Shown: positions 24,610 to 32,586 of the stretch, piece after piece | How the letters are laid out: every line of letters starts with the position of its first letter | Numbering within the stretch: position 1 is the first letter of the stretch | Assembly: GCA_039925225.1 (NCBI GenBank) | Contig: JBDSZH010000169.1 | Span: 1-44,419 of the forward strand | Direction: 5' to 3' | DNA from: Candidatus Limnocylindrales bacterium | GTDB lineage: Bacteria; Chloroflexota; Limnocylindria; Limnocylindrales; CSP1-4 | Length of the DNA stretch: 44,419 nucleotides | The notes under the pieces: model-generated | The model's input: only the letters and a program-made list of their open reading frames with translations | What the model was told of the DNA's origin: nothing | The model's database searches: none | Position numbers and translations under genes: made by a program

Positions 24610-25695
24610 ATGCCACGCCGCAACCGCATCCCCGCCGCACTCGCCGTCCTCACCGCCGCGCTCGTGGTGGCCGCGTGTGGCCCGGGTCCCGGATCATCGG
24701 GACAGGCATCCGTGCCGTCGGCCGGCTGCCTGCCGACCGGCGCGCCCACGCTCGGTCCAGCCGGGGGCTGCCACGGAAGCGAGACGCCGATCCCGCTGAA
24801 GGTTGGTCTCGGCTACTTGCCCAGCGTCCAGTTCGCGCCGTTCTACCTCGCCCAGCAGGCGGGCTACTACCGTGATGCCGGCCTCGACGTGACATTCGAG
24901 AACAAGATCGATCCGGACCTCATCACGCTCGTGGGCCAGGGGGCGCTGGACCTCGGGGTCGCCGATGGCACGAGCGTCATCCCGGCCGTGAGCCAGGCCA
25001 TCCCGATCCGCTACGTCGCGACGATCTACGGCACGTTCCCGTCGATCGTGTTCGCGAAGGCCTCATCGGGCATCAACACCGCCGCCGACCTGCGCGGCAA
25101 GACGATCGGCATCCCGGGCAAGTACGGGTCGTCCTGGATCATGCTCCAGACGCTGTTGCAGTCGGGCGGGCTCACCGTCGACGACGTCACGGTGGAGACC
25201 TATCCGGAATACGGCCAGGGCGTGGCCGTCCAGCAGGGCGTGATCGCCGCGGCGACGGGCTTCGCGAACAATGAGCCCGTCCAGCTGGAGCTCAGCGGCA
25301 GTCCCGCAGTGGTGCTCCACATCGACGACGTGGTGGCCCTCCCGGGACCCGGTCTGATCGCCGGGACGACGACGCTCGATACGAAGGGCAACGCGGTCAA
25401 AGCCTTCATCGCCGCGACGCTCCGCGCGATGACCGAGATCGCGGCGACGCCGTCCCTCGGGCTGGACGCCGCGATCGTCGCGGTGCCGGAGCTCGGTACG
25501 GACCGCGCCACCCAGGCCGCGATCCTCGACGCCACGATCGCGAGCTGGTCGCCAGCGAGCGGCGGCGGCGACTTCGGGACGATCGACACGGTGGGCTGGG
25601 AGGCGTCGATCGCGCTGATGACGACGATGAAGCTCGTTCCGAACCCGGTGACGGTCGAGGGGCTCGTGCGGACAGACCTCCTGCCGCCGAGCTGA
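24610..25695 (+). CDS. ABC transporter substrate-binding lipoprotein (NMT1/THI5-like)
   Basis: Signal peptide with lipobox LVVAAC. LKVGLGYLPSVQFAPFYLAQQAGYYRDAGLDV is typical of NMT1/SsuA-like binding proteins. GGAGAG lies 4 nt before ATG 24610, with an alternative ATG at 24598. Confidence 0.85.
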   Translation: MPRRNRIPAALAVLTAALVVAACGPGPGSSGQASVPSAGCLPTGAPTLGPAGGCHGSETPIPLKVGLGYLPSVQFAPFYLAQQAGYYRDAGLDVTFENKIDPDLITLVGQGALDLGVADGTSVIPAVSQAIPIRYVATIYGTFPSIVFAKASSGINTAADLRGKTIGIPGKYGSSWIMLQTLLQSGGLTVDDVTVETYPEYGQGVAVQQGVIAAATGFANNEPVQLELSGSPAVVLHIDDVVALPGPGLIAGTTTLDTKGNAVKAFIAATLRAMTEIAATPSLGLDAAIVAVPELGTDRATQAAILDATIASWSPASGGGDFGTIDTVGWEASIALMTTMKLVPNPVTVEGLVRTDLLPPS

Positions 25696-25745
25696 CGGCT
25701 GCCCGGGAGCCTGCCCGGCGGTCGCGCAGCGGGCATACTCGCGCC

Positions 25746-26303
25746 ATGGCGATGCGGCGATTCCTGGGCGGCGCGGGTATCCCGGGCGATTCGATGGATC
25801 CGGGCATGACCCAGCGCGACACCGACACGGTTCGGCGAATCGCGCGCGAGCTGGAGGCGATGCCCATTGAGCGGGCGCGCTTCCTGGCGGCGTTCGCCTA
25901 CATCCTCACCCGGGCTGCCGCGGCGGATCTCACCATCAGCCCGGAAGAGTCGCATGCAATCGAGCGGCTCGTCGCCGAGCACGGTGGGCTGCCGGGGCCG
26001 CAGGCGATCCTCGTCTCGCAGATCGCGCGCAACCAAAATCTGCTGCACGGCGGCACGGAGGATTACCTCGTGACCCGCCAGTTCAAGGAGCTGTCGACCG
26101 AGGTGGATCGGCTCGCATTGCTGCGCTGCTGCTACCTCGTCGGGGCTGCCGACGACACGATCACCTCGGTCGAGTCCAGCCTGCTCCAGCAGATCGCCAA
26201 GGAGCTCGACCTGGACACCGACGCGATCAACGTGATCCGCAACGAGTTCGCCCCGAAGCTCGCCGCCATCCAGGCGATGCTCCGCTTCCGCAAGGCCACG
26301 TAA
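25746..26303 (+). CDS. TerB-like (tellurite-resistance TerB fold) domain protein
   Basis: FLAAFAYILTRAAAADLTISPEESHAIERL...LLRCCYLVGAADDTITSVESSLLQQIAKELDL is the two-repeat helical pattern of TerB-family proteins. Start uncertain (ATG at 25746, 25794 or 25806). Confidence 0.6.
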   Translation: MAMRRFLGGAGIPGDSMDPGMTQRDTDTVRRIARELEAMPIERARFLAAFAYILTRAAAADLTISPEESHAIERLVAEHGGLPGPQAILVSQIARNQNLLHGGTEDYLVTRQFKELSTEVDRLALLRCCYLVGAADDTITSVESSLLQQIAKELDLDTDAINVIRNEFAPKLAAIQAMLRFRKAT

Positions 26304-26570
26304 AGCCGCTCGGAACCATCGGTGTGCACGCGACGCGTGCAAATCCGGGGATTTGGGCGGCGTTTCAACGGCAGCCGCCCGGCCGATCGCCGCCGAAACG
26401 GAGTTTTCGAGCCCGAAGTTGCCCATCGCGAGCGCGATCGATGCCACCGACACCCAAGTTCGGTCAGGCGGCCCAGTCAAATAGGCGCCAAACCGCCAGA
26501 AATGAACGCCAGGCGTGCATCGGCAGCCGTATCGCCTTCGGCGGGCGCCAGGGGCCAGGCGCGGGTGTAG

Positions 26571-26864
26571 TCAGCTCTTGATTGCGGCTCCGAGATCGTC
26601 GTCGGAGGGCTCGACGAGCACGGTGGTGGGCTGGTCCGGGTCACCGACCAGGATGACTGGCGTTACGCGCTCACCGTCGTTAAAGGAGCGATTCCATGCG
26701 TCAGCAACAGGGTCGAGCTCGACGTTCCGGTAGATGTATGGGACGCCGAGGATGCCCAGGTAGTCGCGCGAGCGGATCGTGTCTTCGCACGTGTCTCGGC
26801 CCAGGATCAGGATATCCGGCCAGTCGCGCAGGTCCGAGTCCGGCCCGCCAAGCATGTCGGTCAA
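26571..26864 (-). CDS. Glutaredoxin/thioredoxin-fold protein with a single-Cys (TCED) site
   Basis: ILILGRDTCEDTIRSRDYLGILGVPYIYRNVELDP...TPVILVG is a Grx/NrdH-like fold pattern, but CxxC is replaced by CEDT. TTG start overlaps the PAC2 stop (TTGA), with GGGAGG 5 nt upstream. Confidence 0.6.
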   Translation of the reverse strand: MTDMLGGPDSDLRDWPDILILGRDTCEDTIRSRDYLGILGVPYIYRNVELDPVADAWNRSFNDGERVTPVILVGDPDQPTTVLVEPSDDDLGAAIKS

Positions 26865-27721
26865 TTCGGCCTCCCACTACCACCCTGGTTGCCGCCCTCG
26901 CGGAGGAATCGCTCGATCTCGCTGATGAGGTCGTCGCCCGATGGGAGTCGGGCCTCGTCGACGAGGGTCTCGAGCCGTTCGACGTACGACTTCGTGCCCT
27001 CCTCGCGCGCCGCGGCGGCGTCGAGCCGGATGCGCATGAGGCGCGCCTCCTCGGGCAATTGCGCGACGTCGAGCTCCAGCTCGAGGTGCTGCTCAAGCGC
27101 ACGCAAGAGCGCGATCGATGCCTGCGGGTACGGGCCAGAAACGTAATGCGGGATCTGGGCGAAGTAGCCGACCGCCGGGATGCCCGCCTTCGTCACGGAG
27201 ATGTCGAACACGGAGATGGCCGCAGCGGGGACGCGGAGCACGCCCTCCGGGCCGGGCAGGACGCCGCCCTTGAGCAGACCGGACTTCGATTCCGTGCCGA
27301 GGATGGGAACGGGGCGAGTGTGTGGCACGGCGGCCGGGATCGCGCCGAGGCTGATCCACTGCGCCACGCCGAGGCTCTGCGCGAGGGCCACCACGTCACT
27401 CGCGAGCTCGTGCCAGCGGTAGTCCGGCTCCGCGCCGGTCAGGACCAGGATGTCGCGCTCGGCGACCCGGGTCGCGCGCATCGTCAGCTCCGGCCAGTCG
27501 AGGCTGCGCGGCCGGCCGTGCACGATCTGGAGCGTGGGTCGGCGGGCCCGATAGTCGAAGATCTCGTCGGCGTCGAACGACGCGACGATCCGACCGCCGG
27601 TGGCCAGCGTCGCAGCCGCATTCGTGGCCGCGCTCCCGGCATCCACCCAGCCATCGAGCGCGACGACGACCGCGGGCTCGCTGAGCTCCGGAAGGCCGCG
27701 GCGCAGCTTGTACAGGGTCAC
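26861..27721 (-). CDS. PAC2 (proteasome assembly chaperone 2)-family protein
   Basis: PAVVVALDGWVDAGSAA...LVLTGAEPDYRW...GAIPAAVPHTRP...YFAQIPHY are typical actinobacterial PAC2-family blocks. The GTG start forms a GTGA overlap with the cupin stop. Confidence 0.8.
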   Translation of the reverse strand: MTLYKLRRGLPELSEPAVVVALDGWVDAGSAATNAAATLATGGRIVASFDADEIFDYRARRPTLQIVHGRPRSLDWPELTMRATRVAERDILVLTGAEPDYRWHELASDVVALAQSLGVAQWISLGAIPAAVPHTRPVPILGTESKSGLLKGGVLPGPEGVLRVPAAAISVFDISVTKAGIPAVGYFAQIPHYVSGPYPQASIALLRALEQHLELELDVAQLPEEARLMRIRLDAAAAREEGTKSYVERLETLVDEARLPSGDDLISEIERFLREGGNQGGSGRPN

Positions 27722-28095
27722 GCCTCCGGCCACCTCGGCGTCGGCTGCGGGTCCACGACGACCCGCTCGTCCCAGTCGGAGCGCACTGGCGTGAAGACGT
27801 CGATGACGACGGCGCCATCCGGTCCGGCAACGACATCGTGCGGCCGGTCGCCCAGGATTCGCCACGTCCCGCCAGGCCCGAGATCGCGCGTCTCGCCGTC
27901 GACGGTGAAATGCATCAGCCCCGTGATGACCATGCCCAGCTGCTCCGCCGCGTGGCGGTGCTCGGGAACGACCGCATTCGGCGCCAGCTCCACGATCGCG
28001 AGCGTGATCCGCTCGCCCTGGACGCGGCGGGCGCGAACGTCCTCGCCCCAGATCTCGAGCAGGGGTCGATCGGCGAGGTTCTCCAGGTTGCTCAT
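27718..28095 (-). CDS. Cupin-domain protein (125 aa)
   Basis: VVPEHRHAAEQLGMVITG...GPGGTWRILGDRPH is the two-motif cupin signature. GGAGG lies 5 nt upstream of the ATG at 28095. The listed 294-aa ORF is over-extended. Confidence 0.8.
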   Translation of the reverse strand: MSNLENLADRPLLEIWGEDVRARRVQGERITLAIVELAPNAVVPEHRHAAEQLGMVITGLMHFTVDGETRDLGPGGTWRILGDRPHDVVAGPDGAVVIDVFTPVRSDWDERVVVDPQPTPRWPEA

Positions 28096-28180
28096 CAGTC
28101 CTCCATCAGGCATGCCGTCAATGGTTGCACGGAGGGGTTCGGGCGGCATCGATCGGCCGGCGCGCCCGATGGCGAACCCC

Positions 28181-28230
28181 GCCGAACCGCACCGAACCGC
28201 ACCGAACTGCACGCGAGTCCACCAAACCGC
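28181..28230. repeat. 10-bp phased repeats ACCGAACCGC in a divergent promoter region
   Basis: gccgaaccgc, accgaaccgc and accgaactgc at 28181-28210, and accaaaccgc at 28221-28230. Confidence 0.8.
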
Positions 28231-28331
28231 ACCTGACCCGACACTCCTATCGCGATCGCGCGCGGCGAGCCCGGCGTCGGCTCGCGCACTGGCGAATTTG
28301 TGATAGTTGGCACCACTTCGTGCGCCTGGCG

Positions 28332-28359
28332 TTGATTCTTCGGGGTCGGGGAGTACAGT
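28332..28359 (+). promoter_or_regulatory. Candidate sigma-A type promoter of the first M43 protease gene
   Basis: TTGATT (28332-28337), 16-nt spacer, TACAGT (28354-28359). About 55 nt upstream of ATG 28415. Confidence 0.3.
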
Positions 28360-28414
28360 CGGGTTGATCGGCTCCCGCGGAGGATTTGGGCGCCGGCCAC
28401 GAGGAGACGCATCG

Positions 28415-29335
28415 ATGATTCGCCTGCGCCGAGCATTCGGCCTGCTTGCCGCGTCCGTCCTGTTCAGCGCCCAGCTGGCCGTGCCCAGCCTCGCGATCGC
28501 CCGCGGCGCCGCGCCGGCATGGGCGTGCACCCCAGACGCCGTCGCGATCACAGCGCGAGGCGGAATCGCCGACAGCCGCGGCACCATCCGCGAGAAGGAC
28601 ACGGGCCAGGTCGTTCACGAGATGCCCGCCGCGGCAAAGGGTGCGGCACCCGCCAACCTGACCGTGTCCGTGCCCATCTACTTCCACGTGATCACCAGCG
28701 GCACGACCGGCAACCTGACCGATCGGCAGCTGCGTGGCCAGGTCGCCCAGATGAATGCGGCGTATGGCGGCGACTTCGGCGGCCCGGATACCGGTTTCTC
28801 GTGGACATTCGCCGGCGTAGACCGGACGAACAACGCCACCTGGTACGCCTCGAAGTCGGGCGGGGCCGAGCACGCGATGAAGGCGGCCCTGAAGACCGGC
28901 GGCGACAACGTCCTGAACGTGTACACGACCAGCGGTGGGGCGTACCTCGGCTGGGCGTACCTGCCGGAGATCACGGATACCGCCCAAGCGTACCTCGACG
29001 GGATCGTCATGGACTGGCGGACCGTCCCGGGCGCCTCGAGCGACTACGCAGGCCTGTATGACGAAGGCGACACGCTGGTCCACGAGGCCGGCCACTGGCT
29101 CAACCTCGAGCACACCTTCTTCGGGCAGTGCAACAAGACCGGGGACTACGTTGCGGACACGCCGGCGGAGAAGTCGGCGGCGTTCGGCTGCCAGGTCGGG
29201 CGAGACACCTGCCCCGCGGCGGGTCTCGACCCGATTCACAACTACATGGACTACTCGGACGATCCGTGCCTGACTGAGTTCAGCGCCGGCCAGGCCCAGC
29301 GCATGCGCGACGCCTGGCTGCTCTGGCGCGCCTGA
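28415..29335 (+). CDS. Secreted zinc metalloprotease, M43 (pappalysin/ulilysin-like) family, paralog 1
   Basis: Signal peptide (LLAASVLFSAQLAVPSLA). VPIYFHVI, HEAGHWLNLEHTF zinc site, DPIHNYMDYS Met-turn region. GAGGAGA RBS 7 nt upstream. Confidence 0.85.
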   Translation: MIRLRRAFGLLAASVLFSAQLAVPSLAIARGAAPAWACTPDAVAITARGGIADSRGTIREKDTGQVVHEMPAAAKGAAPANLTVSVPIYFHVITSGTTGNLTDRQLRGQVAQMNAAYGGDFGGPDTGFSWTFAGVDRTNNATWYASKSGGAEHAMKAALKTGGDNVLNVYTTSGGAYLGWAYLPEITDTAQAYLDGIVMDWRTVPGASSDYAGLYDEGDTLVHEAGHWLNLEHTFFGQCNKTGDYVADTPAEKSAAFGCQVGRDTCPAAGLDPIHNYMDYSDDPCLTEFSAGQAQRMRDAWLLWRA

Positions 29336-29397
29336 CCGTCACGGCCAGACCATCCCGGGAATCTGGTTTCCGGGACCCGCAATTTGGAGGAGCTGCA

Positions 29398-30318
29398 ATG
29401 ACGAAGGTTCGTCGGGCCGGGGCGCTGTTCGCGGCCCTGGCACTCACGTTCGGGATCGCGGCAACGCCCGCGCTCGCGCTTTCGCTTGGCGTCGGTGGCA
29501 CGGCGTGTGTAGATGGCGCGGGCGATTCGGCCGCGAGGATCGCGGTCGGCGCCAAGGGCGGCGAGCTCCGCGAGAAGGTCACCGGCCAGCTGGCCAAGGC
29601 CCTCCCGGCCCGCGCCCAGGGCAAGGCCCCGGCTGGCTTCGCCGCCGTGGTGCCTGTCTATTTCCACGTGATCACGGACGGGGCTACCGGCAACGTCTCC
29701 GGTGCCGCGATCCGCACCCAGATCCGCGTGCTGAACACGACGTTCGGGGGCGGCGAAGGCGGCGACAACACCGGCTTTTCGTTCGACCTGGCAGGCATCA
29801 CCCGGACGAACAACGCCGAGTGGTATGCGATCGCGACGTTCGATGCCGAGGTGGCGATGAAGCAGGCGCTCAAGCAGGGCGGGAACAACGCCCTGAACGT
29901 CTACTCGACCAGCGGCGACCTGTACCTCGGCTGGGCCTACTACCCCGACATCGTGACGACGAACCAGGCGTATCTGGATGGCATCGTCATCGACTGGCGC
30001 TCGATGAAGGGCGTGTCGACCGCCTACGCCGGTGCGTACGACCAGGGCGAGACGCTCACCCACGAGGCCGGTCATTGGCTGAACCTGGCCCACACCTTCG
30101 AGGGCAAGTGCTCACCTGCGAACGACTTCGTGGCGGACACCCCGGCGCAGAAGACCCCGACCGGCGGCTGCCCGGTGGGCAAGGACACGTGCCACGCCCC
30201 GGGCCTCGATCCAATCCACAACTACATGGATTACTCGTACGACACGTGCTACACGGAGTTCACGCCGGGCCAGACGCAGCGCGCGCGCGACGCCTGGCTG
30301 CTCTACCGAGCGCCCTGA
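29398..30318 (+). CDS. Secreted zinc metalloprotease, M43 family, paralog 2
   Basis: Signal peptide (ALFAALALTFGIAATPALA). VPVYFHVI, HEAGHWLNLAHTF, DPIHNYMDYS. Collinear with paralog 1 over the whole catalytic domain. GGAGGAG RBS. Confidence 0.85.
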   Translation: MTKVRRAGALFAALALTFGIAATPALALSLGVGGTACVDGAGDSAARIAVGAKGGELREKVTGQLAKALPARAQGKAPAGFAAVVPVYFHVITDGATGNVSGAAIRTQIRVLNTTFGGGEGGDNTGFSFDLAGITRTNNAEWYAIATFDAEVAMKQALKQGGNNALNVYSTSGDLYLGWAYYPDIVTTNQAYLDGIVIDWRSMKGVSTAYAGAYDQGETLTHEAGHWLNLAHTFEGKCSPANDFVADTPAQKTPTGGCPVGKDTCHAPGLDPIHNYMDYSYDTCYTEFTPGQTQRARDAWLLYRAP

Positions 30319-30342
30319 TCGGCGCTCGTTCCTGAACGCAAT

Positions 30343-30369
30343 GACGGCGGGCCCACCGGGCCCGCCGTC
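30343..30369. terminator. Bidirectional stem-loop between convergent genes
   Basis: GACGGCGGGCCC-acc-GGGCCCGCCGTC, a perfect 12-bp inverted repeat. No U-tract. Confidence 0.6.
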
Positions 30370-30375
30370 GCATAT

Positions 30376-31848
30376 CTAGCGGAGCGTCACCCAGATCGTC
30401 TTCTTCTCGGTATATTGCTCGAGGGCCTCGAGACCCTTGTCCCGACCGCCGAAGCCGGACTGCTTGTAGCCGCCGAAGGGCGTCGTGATGTCGCCCTCGG
30501 AGTAGGCATTCACGCCCACGGTTCCGGCGCGCAGGGCGCGTGCGACGCGGAACGCCACGTCCAGATCCCGTGTGTACAGGGACGCGGCCAGGCCATACGA
30601 GGTCTCGTTGGCGAGACGGACGCCCTCCTCCTCTGAGTCGAAGGGAATCGTCGAGAGCACCGGCCCGAAGATCTCCTCGCGCGCGATCGTCATCGAGTTG
30701 CCCACGTTGTCGAAGATCGTTGGCGCGACGAAGTAGCCACCGGACTCCTCGAGGACCTGGCCGCCGCCCGCGACCACCCGCGCGCCCTCGGAGCGTCCGC
30801 GCGCGATGTAGCCCAGCACCTTGTCCATGTGCGGTCGCTCGATCATGGGGCCAATCTTCGTATTGGGCGACATCGGGTCGCCCACCGTCCAGCCGGCGAT
30901 CCCGGCGACGAGCCGCTCCACCAGCGCGTCATGCACGGACCGATGGACGATCAGCCGCGAGCCGCACGAGCAGTTTTCGCCCTGGTTCATGAGCGCGGCG
31001 AAGAGGACCTGCTCGGCCACGATGTCGAGATCAGGCGGCTCGGCGAGCACGAGCTGCGGTGACTTGCCGCCGCACTCGAGCGTGATTTCCTTGAGGTTGC
31101 TTTCCGCGGCGTAGACGAGGAAGCCGCGACCGACCTCGGTGGAGCCCGTGAACGTGACCATGTCCACGTCCATGTGCCGGCCGAGCGCCTGGCCAGCGGT
31201 GGGGCCGGAGCCGGGGACCACGTTGAACACGCCATCCGGCAGCCCTGCCTCCGAACCGAGCTCGGCCATCCGGATCACGGACAGCGAGGTCAGCTTCGAT
31301 GGCTTCACGATGACGCTGTTGCCGGCCGCCAGCGCCGGCGCGACCTTCCAGGCCGCCATCAGGATCGGGAAATTCCAGGGCACCACCGCGCCCACCACCC
31401 CGATCGGCTCTCGGACGATCAGCCCGAGCGCGTCCGGGCCGGTCGGGGCGACCGCGTCGAAGATCTTGTCGATCGCTTCCGCGTACCAGCGGAAGGTCTT
31501 GATCGTCTCCGGGAGGTCCACCTCGAGGCAGTCCGTGATCGGCTTGCCAGCCTCCAGCGCATCGAGCGTGGCGAGCTCCACCAGGTTCGCCTCGAGCACG
31601 TCGGCGAAGCGGAGCAGGACCTTCTTGCGATCTGCCGGCGCCATGCGCGACCAGGACCCGCGCTCGAATGCGGCTCGGGCCGCCACGACCGCTCGATCGA
31701 TGTCTTCAGTGCTGCCTGCGGCGACGCTGGCGAGCTGCTTGCCGGTCGCCGGGTTCTCGGTCTCGAAGGTCTCACCGGACGCGGCGTCGACGAAGCGTCC
31801 ATCGATGAATGCCTGTGTCCGGAATCGCGGAAGCGCTGCTATCGCCAC
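30376..31848 (-). CDS. NAD(P)+-dependent aldehyde dehydrogenase
   Basis: VVPWNFP, FTGSTEVG, catalytic Glu block LECGGKSP, catalytic Cys block GENCSCGSR, EEIFGPV. Confidence 0.92.
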   Translation of the reverse strand: MAIAALPRFRTQAFIDGRFVDAASGETFETENPATGKQLASVAAGSTEDIDRAVVAARAAFERGSWSRMAPADRKKVLLRFADVLEANLVELATLDALEAGKPITDCLEVDLPETIKTFRWYAEAIDKIFDAVAPTGPDALGLIVREPIGVVGAVVPWNFPILMAAWKVAPALAAGNSVIVKPSKLTSLSVIRMAELGSEAGLPDGVFNVVPGSGPTAGQALGRHMDVDMVTFTGSTEVGRGFLVYAAESNLKEITLECGGKSPQLVLAEPPDLDIVAEQVLFAALMNQGENCSCGSRLIVHRSVHDALVERLVAGIAGWTVGDPMSPNTKIGPMIERPHMDKVLGYIARGRSEGARVVAGGGQVLEESGGYFVAPTIFDNVGNSMTIAREEIFGPVLSTIPFDSEEEGVRLANETSYGLAASLYTRDLDVAFRVARALRAGTVGVNAYSEGDITTPFGGYKQSGFGGRDKGLEALEQYTEKKTIWVTLR

Positions 31849-31881
31849 GAATTCCTCCCTTGCTCCGCGATTGTCGAGGAT

Positions 31882-32534
31882 TCAGCGCCGGCCGGCGACT
31901 GTTTTGCGTCTCCAAAGGACTCCAACATAGACGCCCAGCAGCATCACGACCCCGCCCACGAAGAAGGAGCCCGAAAATCGCTCACCGGTGAGGACCGCGG
32001 CGACCGTGACACCCACGAGCGGAAACAGCAGGGTCTGGTACCCCACCACGGAGGCCGGCAGGGTTCGCAGGGTGTACATGGTGAGGCCGAACACGAGCAC
32101 GGAGCCGAAGACAATCAGGTACCCGAGGGCGATCCACGTCTGGCTCAGCTGCGGGAGAGCCACCGGTTCACCAGCCACGATCGACAGCGCGACGAACACC
32201 GGGACGGCCACCAGCATCCCGAGCCCGTTCCGCCGGACAAATCGCGCAGGCCGGCGTTGATGCACGCGAACGCCGCGGCGAACCCCACGAGGCCGTAGAT
32301 GACGGACGCTCGAAGCGCGGATCCACGCGGCAGCGGGCGCCGCATCGCCAGCCCGATTCCCAGCAGGATCAGGCTCGCTGCGCCGAACCGCAGCGCTCCG
32401 GCCAGGAATGGGGGAAGCTCGAGCACCATCTGGCGCACGGCGATCGCATTCGAGCCCCCGAAGACGACCACCGCGATGAAGGAGACCGCTGTGAGTCGCC
32501 CGATCGCCGGCATCGTCGTCGCGTCGATCCGCAT
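31882..32534 (-). pseudogene. EamA/DMT-family transporter, reading frame broken around 32224-32250 (frameshift, or assembly error)
   Basis: The N-terminal part (MRIDATTMPAIGRLTAVSFIAVVVFGGSNAIAV...GFAAAFACINAGL) is in the frame of ORF 32145-32609. The membrane-like sequence then continues in the frame of ORF 31882-32265 (GLGMLVAVPVFVALSIVAGE...PLVGVTVAAVLTGERFS...). Both frames give junk in the overlap. Confidence 0.6.
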
Positions 32535-32586
32535 CGGCACGCAGCCTACGCCCTGTGTTGGCGGTCCCGCCCCGCCCGCCTGCTCT

